This document shows positions 24,876 through 39,294 of a stretch of 64,000 nucleotides of DNA, piece after piece. A program made the translations under genes and the position numbers. The DNA comes from Octopus vulgaris (Eukaryota). Within the stretch, counting starts at the first letter, position 1. Each line of letters starts with the position of its first letter. The notes beneath the pieces were generated by a model. It made no database searches. It was not told the DNA's origin and was given only the letters and a program-made list of their open reading frames with translations. The stretch lies in the NCBI GenBank assembly GCA_951406725.2, contig OX597817.1:159588001-159652000 (forward strand), written 5' to 3'.

Positions 24876-26197
24876 ATAAAAAACAAAAGAAAAATTGAAC
24901 AGTGTGAATATATTAGATTCACGCTCAATGAAAGTTTCAGATGGAAAAATAGAAATGTTTTCAGCATGGCTCAAAGAGAAAAAAGGCCGGAGAGGAGGAA
25001 AAAAAGGAAGGAAGAGATAGTCCAAGAAAAGGATGTGTGTCATTATATAGTCGAAAATGAAAAAATTATATATTCATATTGAAATATGTATTGATGAATG
25101 GAGGACCATGGAAATATTGTAGAAACCAAGGGACTTCTAGAGTTGAGACGAAGACATCCCAAAGAACTAGTGATGTAGAAAGGGTTAGGAGTATAAACTG
25201 GAACAGAGTACAGTCTGACTCAATGTAGTTCTGTAATGAATTGAAAGTGAAAGCAATGGAAATAGAAGACCCTACCACCAAAAAAAAAAAAAAAAAGAAG
25301 CAAAATGACTGTGGATATATCAGTTTGTTTTCTGTTACTGTTTGTGTAACTTTGAAGTTTTTAAAACAAATAATTAATTCCAGAAAGAAAAGGCATACAC
25401 AAAATGTAATTAGAAAAAGTAAATTATTATATTACAGCAAAAACTGGTCAGTGAATATAGAAAGATGTAGGTGTAATATTTACTTCTGAGAAAAACTGAG
25501 TTAGGACAGTACCTGGTCATGAAAAACACTAGTAGGAAATGGGGATGCTGGCATAAATGAATAGAAGAGAATGGATAATACAAGCTGGATGAAAAATTTA
25601 AATAGTAGCAGACCAAAGAACTCTTGAAGAGTAGTAGTTATGTCAAATATGAAAGAATGGTTCTCCATGTTGCTGAATCAAGGCAATGTTGTATTCTTAT
25701 TTAGATCATGTTAGTAAAGATTATTAACTTTTAAACCTCACCATCACTTTTTCTTGTTAACATCACCATATTCTTTTAAAAATTACCCTGTGTTCATCTT
25801 AAGTGAATGGTTTGGATGATTTGTTAGAGAGAAAAATAAAATATCTGTTATTAAGGTCTACTTGTGGTTTGGGGACAAAAATACTTAGAATGTGCTTGAA
25901 ACTATCAAAGTAACTTACTATAATGTTGACTCAACATGAAAAACACATATTCTTCATAATTTTTCTTGCACTAGAAAAAAAAAAGAAAGAAATTAAATCT
26001 TAATCATATTGTTGAAAACTCTGAAAGAGAAAAAAATAATCTTATACCTCTAAAAAATTTCATTGTCGATATATTGACAGCTTCTGTTTCTTAAAATAGG
26101 AATTTACAAATATCAAATTTTATCCAAATTAAAATCAAGACAAGATATTAATCTCTTAACAAAAATCATATGAAATTCATTTTGTTTATTCCACCTT

Positions 26198-26508
26198 AAA
26201 CCCTTTTTGACATACACCAACCTGTGTTTCAATTAATTTTGAAAATAATGAAGAATTTAGTAAAATTGCCAAATCAAACTGGAGTCTGGTGCAGCATTCC
26301 AGCCCTAATCAAGCTGTCCAACTTATGCCAGCATGGACAATGGATGTTAAATAATGATGATGATGAATTTTGTCATTATTATGATGGTGTTTAGAATATA
26401 ATTTTAATATGAAATTTTACTGGAAAGTTTTAATGTAGATCACTTTAAAACATTAAGATTTTTACAGGACCAAGAGTGGTCTCAAGCATGGTGGTATCAA
26501 AAGGAGTC
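26198..26508. mobile_element. Decayed TTAA-type MITE with nested RTE-tail fragment (about 26267-26366)
   Basis: CCCTTTTTGACA start and GTATCAAAAGG end; the internal insert ends in (TGA)n. Confidence 0.45.
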
Positions 26509-27084
26509 ATCTTAAGGTAAAACCCCCTTCAATATATTTGAACTCATTTTTCATAAAAGGAGACAGTAAGTATAAAAGAGAATTTCAAAATAATGCATTA
26601 TATAGTTTATATCATACAATATACTTTTTGATTATTATAAACCAAGGTTAAAAGTAATCAAATCTGTATTCAGTGCCAAATCATCATAACTAGATCCATT
26701 TCTTGACACTTATTCTTTCTCCAAATACATTTTTCTTCTTTAAAGCTATACGACTATCTTAAGAATTGAAAATCAATCAAGAGTTTTCTTTAAAAATAGC
26801 AACAAAGCTCCGACTTGAACCGTTAACTGAAATAAGTAATACATGAATTAAACCAATTTTCTTTACAATTGAATCTCACACATTAACAAGCAGGTTATCT
26901 CACAAAATAGACTATCTAGAAAAACAAGTTTAAATTTCATCATAGATGTATAATATTTACACCAAGAGAATCACTTATTTTGAAGTTTTAATGATTCAAC
27001 TTACAAACTTAAACGTATTTTTCTTTTACCAAATATTAAACGAAACACAGAGGAGTTAAAACTAAGTTTTCAGGAATGAACAAT

Positions 27085-27480
27085 CATCATTGAAAACATC
27101 ACTTAACATCCACATTAACATGCATGCAGGAGTCAAATGGAATTTGTTGAGGCCTATTTTCTATAGCTGGGTGCCCTTCTTGTCACCAACCCTCACCTGC
27201 TTCCAAGCAAGGTAATATTTCCTCATAACCAGACATGTTTTTCATGGAAAACAGAAAACAAACATCACTTGGATGATGGTGAAGCTCATTTACACCTATT
27301 GCATGATGTCATCATAAGGCTACTCACAAGCACTTCTGTCTACCAAATCCACTCGCAAGGTTTTGGTTGGCCTGAGGCTATAATAGAAGAGACCTGTTCA
27401 AGGTGCCATGCAGTAGGATCGAACCCAAGACCACATAGATGAAAAGCAAGTTTCTTCATTACACAACTAATGTCTGCACC
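27085..27480 (-). mobile_element. Decayed CORE-like SINE with RTE tail
   Basis: Homologous to 18808-19190; further copies at about 33920-34325 (-), 36870-37290 (-), 39787-40170 (-) and 56468-56635 (-). Confidence 0.7.
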
Positions 27481-29485
27481 TTTGTATTTACACTACAACA
27501 GTCATCCACACCTTTACATTTAGATATGTTGAGAATGGGTGCAGATTGGAATTTCTTTTATGAAACCACAGGCAACAGGGTTAATAAATGGAACTTTACT
27601 CACTTCATAGATATTATATGATGGCATAACTCACCAATTATTTAGTGCCTTTAGAATACCCTCTCTCCTCACACATTCCCATCTCTCACTTCCCTATACA
27701 CTCTTGCAACTACCACACATGCACACTCTAAGTTCCTCATCACCACCCACTTCTACTGACTTCATACCTTGAGGGCCCACCCAAACATTTCCTTACCACT
27801 ATTTTTATAACTTTCTAGCTCCACCTGATCACTCTCACCTTCTCTTTTAAAATAAAGATAGTCTTGTGGCTCCTTTACAACAAGAAGCTTGTCCTGCTCT
27901 AGCGCCTTTTATTGTACTTCAACCCTTCATTTTCTAATATTAAGCAACCCCCTCAGAGTTTCAGAGTCTTGCAAGCTGCATGGCAACCATGCTAGTACTG
28001 GTGACATGAAAAAACAAAATATCCAGTACCTGCTGTAAAGTAGTAGGTGTTAAAAAGGGCATCCAGCTGCAGAAACCATGCCAAAACAGACATTGGGAGC
28101 ACAATGCAGTCCTTAAATCCAAACCATAATGCAACAGGAACTTAAAATGATGATGATGATGATAACATGCTAAATTAAGAAAACCATTACAATACACATA
28201 TTGATATATTTGATAAAGTGTGGCATGCAAACATTGAAGTAACTAAGCTTTTCTCTGGATTGTATTGGAAACTAATTACCCAGTACTGGAGCTTCTTCAC
28301 TGTCTTATATCTATTATCTTGTGCTGAAAGTACCCTCTCTATTCTTGTTTCATCTATTGCAGCATATTCTAGCAATTCATCATCTATAGAATGTAGCTTT
28401 CATGTAACATACCTTCTTTTATTGTTTGGATTTTTGATTATTATTTATAAAACAATACTGTGCATGACTGATAATCCCTACCTTTACTGATAATCCCTAC
28501 CTTTACTCATCCATCACCACAGACTAAATGCAGTGTGTTTGATTGTGGCAGATCAATTTGATATGGCTGTAGAAGAAACTATTACCTGTTGGATGCATAT
28601 AGTTTGTTGAGGAAATAGAAAAAAAAAAGCATTTCTAGGCATTTGATATTTTGCAGTTTTGCTTTGCTGAAAGCATCAAAACCTTTGATGATGTTCCTAT
28701 CATTTGAAGTTTTCTGCCGTAGAGGGCAATGGCTAGAAGCTCAAGAAGGTCTGTATTCAGGACTGTTTTGCTGCTTTCCTGAAAAGTTTCCTGAGACAGT
28801 TTATATGGTGATTCAGTGGTGGTTGTTATTTGTCACAGATCAGCCCAAATTGAGCAAATCTTTGATTGAAAGCATTGCAGCCAACACCATCCTACCTTTT
28901 TGCTAATGTGTTCTTCCTTTTTTTTTTTTTTTTGCAAGATGGTAAGGCATGATCTGATGGAATTTGGTAGCTATTTCCAGTAGATCAAGTAACTCAATGA
29001 CACAAGCAAACTGTCCGGATCTGGCTTACATACAACAGTTCTATCAGTACAACACCTCTCTAATGATGTGAAGAGGTATAAAGATAAGATTTCATATCTC
29101 TGAGACAAGCTTCAATAGTCCACTAACATGAAGTCATGCACTTTTCCACCCTGTTCATATTCTGGCTACTATGTTTTTGGAACACCACCTCCACAGTTAA
29201 TTAGGTCACTTAGATAAGAGAACCTACTGACTATCACTATGGAGCCTTCTGAGCATTTTAAAGAGCTTATTTCTCAGGTGCTCTTATTGCTAATTACTGC
29301 TGTACATCTGAAGCTTTCCTTCTCTGTCAGCATACCTATGATTCCCCAGTGCAAAACAGCTACAGTTTATACTAAGCATGGACAAGTAGACATTAAAATG
29401 ATGATAATGATGGTGATGAGTTAATATTTGCAGATCATAGTTACCTTTTTGGGGGTTTTTTTGGTAGAGGGGACCTACACACACA

Positions 29486-30359
29486 CAGGGTGCAATAGGT
29501 AAATTGTCGTCATTTTATATTTCTAATTTCGCACATGCGTATTGTTCATTTTTGATTTTGTCAACTACACAGTATAGTAGGGTCAGTTGGGTTACCATCT
29601 GTGAGAAAAATAGCACTATGACACAATTCACTCTGTCAGAAATTTGGAAACAATATGCTGTACTGCTTGGTATTCATGCCATAAGCTCCAATACAAACAT
29701 TTCAGAGTGTTTGGGTGTCAATCTGAGGACATGTACCAAAAGTGATAAAAATCAAACACCAAGTCAACATCATGGTGTTTGGAATGATTACTAGAGATGG
29801 CAATGTTATGCCTCCATTCATCTTCCCACATGGCCTCAGACTCAACCCGGAAGCCTACATCAAGTGCCTGGAGGAGGTAGTGCTGCCCTGGGTCAAGAGG
29901 GTGACTGCTGGAAGACCCTATGTCTAGCAACAGGATTTTGCATCATGTCACACAAGCAGGAGAACCCAGTCATGGCTGTCAGACAATTTCTGCAACCACA
30001 TCACCCCTAACATCTAGCCAACTAACTCCCCAGACTGCGACTCCTTTGATTCTTACGTGTGGGGTGCAGTTGAGCGAGAGATCAACAAAAATCCATGCAA
30101 CACCAAGGATGAACTGAAGGCAAGGATTATGGCAGAACTCATCAACTTAAACAAGGAGACTGTCCACAAGAGTTGCAGGAGTTTCTAAAGTTGTCTGGAG
30201 GCTGTGGTTGAAGCCAATGGTGATTTTATTGAATAAATTCACTCATTAGTATTTCAAGATATTTTTATGTAATTTTGGTAAGTATATCTGTTAAAATGAA
30301 ATGTCAGTGTTATTTTAATTTTTGTATAATTTAGACGACAGTTTATTCACTACACCCTG
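29486..30359 (+). mobile_element. Tc1/mariner DD37D (maT) transposon, internally deleted, inactive
   Basis: 26-bp imperfect TIRs CAGGGTGCAATAGGTAAATTGTCGTC / GACGACAGTTTATTCACTACACCCTG followed by TA; translation IMVFG...YV*QQD...NSPDCDSFD with 37 residues between the 2nd and 3rd Asp; ends VEANGDFIE*; three premature stops and a deletion near 29730. Confidence 0.92.
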
Positions 30360-31281
30360 TATATATATTATGTGCGCACGTGTATGTGTGTGTGTATATA
30401 TATTATACATCAATTTAGTTGTACCAATAATAAATGTGTTGATAAATACATTACTGTATTTGATTGCATAAAAGATGAACAGGTATACTAGATGCTCCCT
30501 CCACTCCGATTTCAGAAGTGCATATTCAGGAAAAAAAGATTTTAGTACATTTAAAGCATGTAATATTAACCGAACTTTACATAATAAGATCCAGGGTGAT
30601 TTTTGAGACATGTTTCTGGAAAGAACTGTATCTTATATATCCCATTAAATACAATACTTAACTGTTATAAAGTCAAACTTTACAGTCAAATTCAGCATAA
30701 TTCCATAGCTTTTTACTTTTTTCCATATGGTGTTCCTATTTTCTCCTTTATTGTATAATATAGAGTGTAGCATAAAGACCTGTCTTCTTGCTAATTGAAA
30801 CTTTTGTCTTTACTACACTTACTTTTAAGCCTCCCACTTTTAGGCCTTGTTTCCACCACTGAAATTTCTTCTCTAATTCTTCAACAGGTTCAGCTACGAG
30901 AACTATGTCAACAGCTTAAGTCTTCGCTATATAATCTGAAGAACTCTAATATAATAAACAAAAGTGAACTGAGAATCATACCCTAATGGACCCTACCAGG
31001 AACTCATTGCCAACTCACACTTTGTTAAAAACATCTCTGTACATGGTTTGTGTGGATCTTACAGGTCATTCATCTACACCTAGCTTTTCTTTTTTGTAGT
31101 TTTAGTGACCACTAGACAGGACAGAGTGGAACCCTATCAAGGGCTTTCCTTAGATCAATAACTGCTAGATAGTAGCTTACTTTTAGTTAAGAACTTCCAC
31201 TTTAGTTGCCTCGTTAGTAAGAGAGTATTAGTGGTAAACTCTCAATGCACAAACCTGAACTGCATCACATCAATAATAGTG

Positions 31282-31425
31282 CTATAATTCTGTTACTTTT
31301 GAAACTTGATCAATCTTGATACCTTTATAGTTGTTTCTTTCTAGAACATCTCCTGTGCCCTTATAGTAGTTGATGACGATGTTATACCATTCATATCCCT
31401 GTACAACTTGGTTGACTATGCAGGG
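31282..31425 (-). mobile_element. RTE RT N-terminal fragment
   Basis: IVNQVVQ...VINYYKGTGDVLERNNYKGIK.DQVSKVTE matches the RTE YKGKGD....NYRGIKL motif. Confidence 0.72.
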
Positions 31426-33393
31426 AGCTAGTGCGAGCATGGTGTTGGCCAGCATGCCCATTATCATCATCAGTTGTGATGAGATCGCTGTCATTTACAA
31501 TTGAAGTAGTTTGCAAATGGGCCTCAGAGAAAAAACCATTTTGCTTTAACTGTCAGTCCTGATTGGGGTGAATATGTACCTCAACCACATAAATCACTAT
31601 TACTGTTGTATTGCTTTTAGACTAGTAAAAGCTTAATTAGCCTTTTACATATTCTGACTGTCTCAGTTACTTCATCTATACAATTCTCTCTGCCGACAAT
31701 ATGGGTATTCCACCCACCCCACTTGTTACACGTCTAGAAAAACTTGCATGTTCCTTGCCTATGTAGAATCTGGTTGAAGTTCTCTCTTTAGTCAATAAAT
31801 ATTTCATGCATTTACATTATAGCCATTATCTTTTATATCAACTAATAAAAACTCAATGAAAGAAAGAGCAATAAAAATTATAAGGATCAATAGTTTTTCA
31901 ATATTTTAACAGCAATGTACATGTCATTCTCAACTCAATATTTGATATAAATTTACTGAAATGGAAATCAATCATCATTTAATGTCCATTTTCCAAGCTG
32001 GCATGACTTGGACAGTTTGACAGGAGCTGGCAAGTCAGAGAGCTGCACCAGGCTTCAATTGTCTGTTTTGGCATGGTTTCTAAGGTTGGATGCCCTTCCT
32101 AACACCAACCACTTTACAGATAGCAGCTTGGTGTTTTTAATGTGGAATGAGCATGGAAGCTTTTTTATGTGGCGCCAACATGGGTGCTTTTTACACAGCA
32201 CTAGCATAAGTCTGCAGATTGATAGAAAAGATCAAGAATTATTTCTAGAAAAAAAAAAAAAAAATTAACAGAATAGGAGTAACAAAAAATTATTTAAAAA
32301 TATTTTAAAAGCTACTGTAGGTGTTTTAATTTGCAAAATAAGTTTCAGTTTTGAGCTGGCACAGCAACTTGTATACAATTACTTGATCTGTTAAATATAA
32401 CAACTTAACTTCTTTCAAATATACCTTACTATCATTAAAAAGAAAGACACATGGGACAGTATATTCCTAGTTATACAAAAAGACAGTATAATCATTTGTT
32501 GGAATGCTTTTGATCATAGATCTACTTAATCAAGGCTGACCTGTGACTAAACAACAAAACATTGTAAAGTAGTTGGGAGGGGCAGGCAGACTATTGACTA
32601 AAGTTAGTTTATAGTGTATGAGAATAAAGCAATAATCAGCAACAAGAGGTGAATACCATCTTTTTTAGCTTGGAGTATTTTATCCCAGATATCTTTCAGT
32701 TAGTTTTTCCCCTCACTCATGCTCCTGTCATTCATTAATACAGGACACACCCATTTTCTAGTTCTCCAATCACAACTCTCTTCACTTAACCTTTCCAGCC
32801 CACCATGAAGTCTATGTAATAGGAGACTGTATTGGATCACTTTTGCTCAATACACTAACTTTACCCTCTTCTCCTGTACTACCAATGATCATGTCATTTC
32901 ACCTTATCTGCCATCACACACTTGCTCCTTTTCTCTCACATATCTTGGGTATCTGTCATCATTTTACCTCCAGAGTCACTGTGCCTTGAATAAACATACC
33001 TGCCTCAGAATACCAAGGACTCCTTTCACTCATCCAATGTCACTATCAGTCATGCCTAACACTCTGTAAAGAAACAGGCAAAGGAGTTGAAACATGGGAA
33101 TAAGAAGTCTTTTTAGTTGTGTTGAGAAAACAGTGACCTCTCTTGTGGTGGTGCTATGAAAAAATGGCCACCATACACTTTGTCAAGTATAAATAAGGTT
33201 GTGGGAATACTTTAGTATTGTTAAAAACATAACTTCTCTAATGCTAGTGTCACAGAAGAAAAAGCATCCAGTACAGCCTGTGCTGTAGAGAGGGTGTCAA
33301 TCCATAAAAACCAAGCCCAAAATGAAACAAGAGCAAAATGCAATCCTCTGACTTGTCCTATAACAGCATGGAAAGAAGACGCACAACAATGAC

Positions 33394-33438
<45 letters not shown>

Positions 33439-36400
33439 CTAATAGATATTTCTAAGGTGTTTAATAATTCATGAATACCTATAGCTATGCCAAACATTTA
33501 GCTACAAACTTAAAGCTAAAGTTGCAAAATTATTCCAGAGTGAAAAAGAATCCACCCATTACAAATATTTTTTTATCTTAGAGCAAAAACTGTTAATAAT
33601 GGAACATAGAAACACAGCCCAGAAATAATAAACACATAATTTAGATATATAAATTCTTTTTTCCTTAATATATGAGGAAAATAAGTCAAAATTTTTATAA
33701 AAAAACTATATTAGCTATATTATTAGATTTACAGTTGATAGTCTACCTGGAATTATTGTTTAATAATTACTTGTGAGCCTTTAAAAATAATTGTTGATCT
33801 GAAACAAGGAAGTAGGTTAAAGTTCTTTTTTAGTTTGGTTCACACATAATTTTACATGTTCCTAATTCTTCCATGACAGCATGGAATATGGCTATAACAC
33901 AGTTAAAACAAACCATTATCATTATAATCATTTTTATGCCAAATTTTCCATGCTTGTATGGAAGACAGATTTTCTACAGCCAGATGCCCTTTATGCAACC
34001 AAACCTATCTCTTTTCAAGCAAGGCAATATTTCCCCATGGCCAGACATATTTTTGCAGAATATTGGAAATAAATGACACTGCTTGTATAACAGTGACACT
34101 CATTTACAACAACCATGCAATGTCAAAACAGGGTGACACAAACAAGCAAACACACACACAACAGGTTTATTTCAGTCTTTGTCTACCAAATCCATTCATA
34201 TGGCTTTGGTCAACCTGAGGCTGTAGTAGAAGAAATTTGCCCAAGGTGCCATGTTGTGAGACTGAACACAAGACCATGTGGTTGGGAAGCAAACTTCTTA
34301 ACCACACAGCCAAATCTGTGCCTATAACCACGCTTGCATCTTTCAGTCACCAGATAAGTTTACTCTGTAAGATTTATCCAACACATAATGAAGCAACAAG
34401 AAATGTTACAAAACTTGAATATTAAGAGAATGTATATAATTTAGTCCATGATTTCAATATACAGCTGTTTATGTAGTCTTTGGAAGTATACCTTCAAAAA
34501 TGAAAAAGAAACACTACAGAATACCTACTGTGAAGTTGGTGAACTCAGAAAGCAACAAACTGGTAAGCACATTTGGAAACAGGGAGTTTCTTTATAAGAT
34601 GAAGGTTGCTTTAAAAAGAAGAAGAAAAAATATTCAAGTTTTATGACAACTGTCTATAATTATACAAAACAAGCCTGGTTATTGAAAATGCTTACAAAGT
34701 TTATATTGAAAACTAATGTAAGGAATCTAATTCCAAATCTGCTCCACTATATTACACTATGGAATTTAATTGAGATAACAAAAATGGAAATGATATACTA
34801 ATATGATTTGGTGGTACTCGTTATTGGATCCGAAAAACAATGTGGTACTTTGAGTTTAGAAATAATCATTAATATGGGGTTACCTGTGAGAAAGGTGAGC
34901 TTTTCACCATAAACAATAGTACAGCAAAAATATCTATTGTTCTCTGTAGAAATATACGTAATATAGAAGATATATAAGGACCTTGCTATTTCACAAACAT
35001 CAATTTTTACAAATTGGCATGGGTTTGATGACTAATCTCTAGAAAAGCAACAATTTGTAACTTGTTAGAAATAATTGAGCATCCAGATATCAAAATTCAC
35101 CACTTCACCCTTACCCTTCCTTTTCTGAAAGTTCCTTCACTTTTCTTCATACATCTGTCCTCCTTCATGTACAAAGTACCTGTACCAGTGCAGTTTTTTC
35201 TCTTACACACTACAGCTAATTTCCTCTGATACTCATTAAAAAATGAGCATCAGAGTATCTTTACTCATTTATGTTCTGTAATTCTTACATGTAGATGTTT
35301 TATAGTCAGTGAATTATAGATTTCCCTTCATATGAGATCTCACTGCTAACTACATCTGCAACATATAAAAGTTCTCTAAAAACCTACCTAAAATCTCACC
35401 ACACTTTTGAGGATCTATAGTTTATAGTGGGTATACACTTTAGAATTCATATTTACTCCTTTTCTAAAAATCAAGATTGATTGTTTTCCATGTGATAGTA
35501 GAGTTCTGTGCTCTCTTCTGCTAACTAAAACTTTTGTTGATGGTAGATGAACATTTTGTTCTTGCAATTCTAGGGCCTGCTTCAGGTTTGGAACTATTCT
35601 GCAACACTTCAACTGTCAGCCAGCTTTGTATTTTATTTCTGTATTAGCCTAGAGAATTATTATAAAGAGAAAGGGCTGATGGCCAAACACTGAGGGACAC
35701 TACCTTGCACATTCAATCCTTTGCCTATTAATTTGATGCCTTGTATATTTACTCCTTTTTATAAAGTTTTCTTTGTTTCTATATTAGTTGACAATCATAT
35801 TACTATACCAGTCATTTGAGATTACTTCCTGTATCACCTGATAGATTATGTGAGTGACTAATGTGTGGCCTATTCTGCCAGATATTCTCAACATCTACAC
35901 AACTATTCCTCTTTCATCTGTATAGCTATATACCTCAATAGCTCACTCTTCTGTTGGGTCTATCAGGAACAAATCTTGCTCTCTAACACATTTTTTTTCT
36001 CATTCAGAAATCTCTGGTAGTAGCATTTCCATATCTCTTTATTCCTAGCATCACTCAAGGTAAATGCCGACACACTCTCTGCTTATCACCTTGGTTCAGA
36101 ACATTGGCAAATCACTGCTCAATGTCTTGAAGAAAAGTAGTGAATAATGAACACTATTGGGTAGCTAGAGCTACCTGATATCATTCATTGTTCCTCACCG
36201 TTCTTCTATTCTTTCCAGGCATGCCTTCTAATCTTTATGACTACTATACTATTTCCCTCTTCATGACATTCTCTGTCCAGTTCAAACTTTGATCCATCAG
36301 CGGATCTGCTGGTGGCTTGCAGCAGTACCCATTGTTTACTATCTTCTCCTCTATCAGGTGTCATCTAGTACTTCCTTGAACTCATACATGACAGAAGTAT

Positions 36401-37826
36401 TTTTCAGATACAACTTCCTTCACTAGTTTGCCTTGTGTCTTTAAGCCATACTAGCTCTTATCTGGAGATCACTAATCACTTGTATATGTCAATTAATTTA
36501 CACTTGACAGTTATTCGTAACTTATTGTCTATCCTGTTTCCTGGTAAGCATGCAGTTATTAACTTTTTAATTTGTTAATTTGAGGAAGATAAGGAACAGA
36601 ATAAAAAGTAGGAGTGACAGAGTAAGAGTAACACAATGTTAATAGAGAGTGTTGCAGCTTAACAGACTGGTAAAATACATGGAAAAGTAGAATATTTATA
36701 GAAAGTTGCAATTAGAAGGAAAATGAATTGAGTAAAATGTAATTCATATAGACTCAGAGATAAGACAAATGTGATGATGGTAAAAGAGTAACTGATATTA
36801 CAAATTTTTATCACTTAGGTATGCTTTCATTTAATTTGATCTGGGACCACACAGTACACTTCTTTACATATATATTAACTTCCACTTTACTATGCTTGCA
36901 TCTGTCAGTCAGAATTTGTTAAGACAGTTTTCTATGGCCAGATGCCTAACCTGTTTCCAAGCAAGGTAATATTTCCCTAGGAACTGACATTTTTTTTTTT
37001 TTACAGAAAACTGGAAATGAATAACATCATTTGCATGACAATGTTGCTCATTTAAACTCTAAATAAAGAGTACACACACACATATACGTGTGTGTATATC
37101 TCTCTCTCTCTCATATACACACACAGTGGGCTTCTCCAAGTTTCCAGCTACAAAATCCACGCATAAGGCATTGGTTGGCCAGGAAATATAGTAGAGGACA
37201 CTTACCCATGGTAGCACACAGTGGGACTGAACCCAAGACTACATGGTTGGGAAGCAAGCTTCTTAACCACACAGCCCACACCTGCACCTTGTTAAATCTG
37301 AATCTGTTATATGATAAAACATTTCATACACAAGTGTGGCAGAGGTAAAGTCTACTCAGTTGCTAAGTAATATCCCTAGTATTTATTAGAAGTGGTAACC
37401 AAGCTTAGAGTTTCAACTTAGTGAAGCAACAAATGTTACGAGCATTTTGCCGAGTAGGCATACTTATTTGATTGAGTTAAGGAAGATAAAACATTTAAGA
37501 TGATATTCTTGTAGCATCTCTGGACACTGAAATTGCTAAACATGTTTTAGAGATGACTGAACATGACATGGGTGAGTTCATAAAGACTGTATTGATATAG
37601 TGTTCCTCATATACACAAGGACATATATAGCTCTAGGACATACTTAATCAAGCAGAGCTATGATCAAAGGCATTATAGCCATGACCAGCCTGTATGAATT
37701 TTGAGACATAGTATATCTAAGAGCACATAATTCCATTTGGCCTTCATGTTTTTAGCTAGTAGGCTACAGTGTGAGGGAAATTTGGCTGCTTATTTTTTTC
37801 CTAGCAGTTTGAGTGACCATGTAAAG

Positions 37827-38315
37827 CATTGGTTCTCAACCAGGGCCCATATAAGATTTGCAGGGACATACATACACATTTGACTTGACTTGACTTGAGC
37901 AGCATTCACCCAGGGTGGGTTGATCTGGCTTCATGCATCCTCAATGCTGCATCTCTCACAAATGCCGACCAGGCCTGGCGATTTGAGGCTACCGAGCACG
38001 TGATCTCCAACCATTCCCTATTCCAGCAGCGAATGCACAATAAAATAGTTAACTGGGGACCCACAATAGTATTTTAAGGACCCCACAAAGAAGTTTTGCT
38101 TTAGATGTAGTGGTATGTATTGCAAGAACTTGTTAGGTTTCTTTCTCAAACATTTTACATAGCTCAACCTACACAAGAGAATGTGTGAAAAACAAAATAG
38201 GAATTTTGAAGGAAGTTTCTATAAAACTAGTTTTTAAGTATTGAATGGCAATAGGGGTCCACCAGAATAAAATAATCAAATGGGTCCATAGAGAGAAAAT
38301 GGTTGAGAACCCCTG
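37827..38315. mobile_element. hAT (Charlie-like) MITE
   Basis: TIRs CATTGGTTCTCAACC / GGTTGAGAACCCCTG; perfect 8-bp TSD ATGTAAAG (37819-37826, 38316-38323). Confidence 0.88.
37879..38031 (-). mobile_element. Nested RTE-like LINE 3' end with (CAAGT)n tail
   Basis: Translates RCWNREWLEITCSVASNRQAWSAFVRDA; (TTGAC)x3 on the + strand; ATACACA/ATGCACA flanks. Confidence 0.65.
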
Positions 38316-38563
38316 ATGTAAAGGCTCCTTTATGGGTACGGAGTTTAGATAGATTTTATTATGCATACAAATGGTTGTGATGTGAGTGTGTGTGTATGTG
38401 TGCATAGATGCATTAAGCTTGTTTCTGTGTTTCAAGGATAATATGAACTTGAAGGATGTATTATCAGAACTAAGAAGCATCAGAAAAGCAAGCATACAAT
38501 ACTGGATGCAATGAGACTGAAGTGTTAAATTAGGGGATGATAATAAACGATAGCAAATCAAGT

Positions 38564-38704
38564 ACAGTTCTATATTTAAGAGATGCGGAATTATGTACAT
38601 TATTTACATCTGACGGATATTTGTCCTCATCTTGTTTGTTGTTAACACAATGTTTCGGCTGATATACCCCCCAGCCTTCATCAGGTGATCTGAATAATAA
38701 TAAT

Positions 38705-38744
<40 letters not shown>

Positions 38745-38880
38745 TTGAAAAATACCTTAGGAATGAGAACCTAGGTTTGAAATTTCACCAAGACACCTGA
38801 AGAAGGCTGGAGGGTATATCAGCCAAAACATGTTAACAACAAACAAAATGAGGACAAATATCCGTCAAATGTAAATAATG
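38564..38880. mobile_element. Penelope-like inverted terminal-repeat insertion with hammerhead motifs
   Basis: About 90-bp inverted arms 38595-38687 / 38794-38882, a 31-bp extension on the left arm only, and a 13-bp TSD TAGCAAATCAAGT (38551-38563, 38881-38893). Confidence 0.8.
38644..38687 (-). ncRNA. Minimal type I hammerhead ribozyme motif
   Basis: Minus strand: CAC-CTGATGA-A-GGCTG-gggggtatat-CAGCC-GAAAC-ATT-GTGTT; canonical CUGANGA and GAAA boxes. Confidence 0.7.
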
Positions 38881-39294
38881 TAGCAAATCAAGTGCAAAGT
38901 GATTCAGATATCAAAATAAAAGTAATTAGAATAGAGCTATATAAAACACCTAGAAGATAGTGGAAAGTTCAGCAGTGAATGAATTGATACAGATATAAGC
39001 AATCCAAAACAGATTAATCTAAAGTTATTGTTGAGACAAGAAAGTTCAAACTAGCAATGTGCAGCCCCGGCTGAAGTTTGGACGAATAGAATTAGAACTT
39101 TTTTCTCTGTATCTTGGAACACAGTGCAAGGTACTATACAGACCTAAAATGAAAATCAGAATGATGTGGTTGCTTACAGACTTATCAAGTCTAAGTTAAA
39201 TGGAAGAATCCTAAAATTCAGGACTATGGTTATAATATTACAAAATGGGAAAAGTATCAAGAATAAAAGATATAAATGCAATGCTATCAACAGA

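Noticed and set aside
28467-28507. 19-bp tandem duplication
   Set aside because: An ordinary slippage-type duplication with no further structure.
35400-36500. Probable ancient retroelement debris (also about 12050-12400, 43500-44500, 59375-59960)
   Set aside because: Composition is suggestive, but no diagnostic motif could be read confidently.
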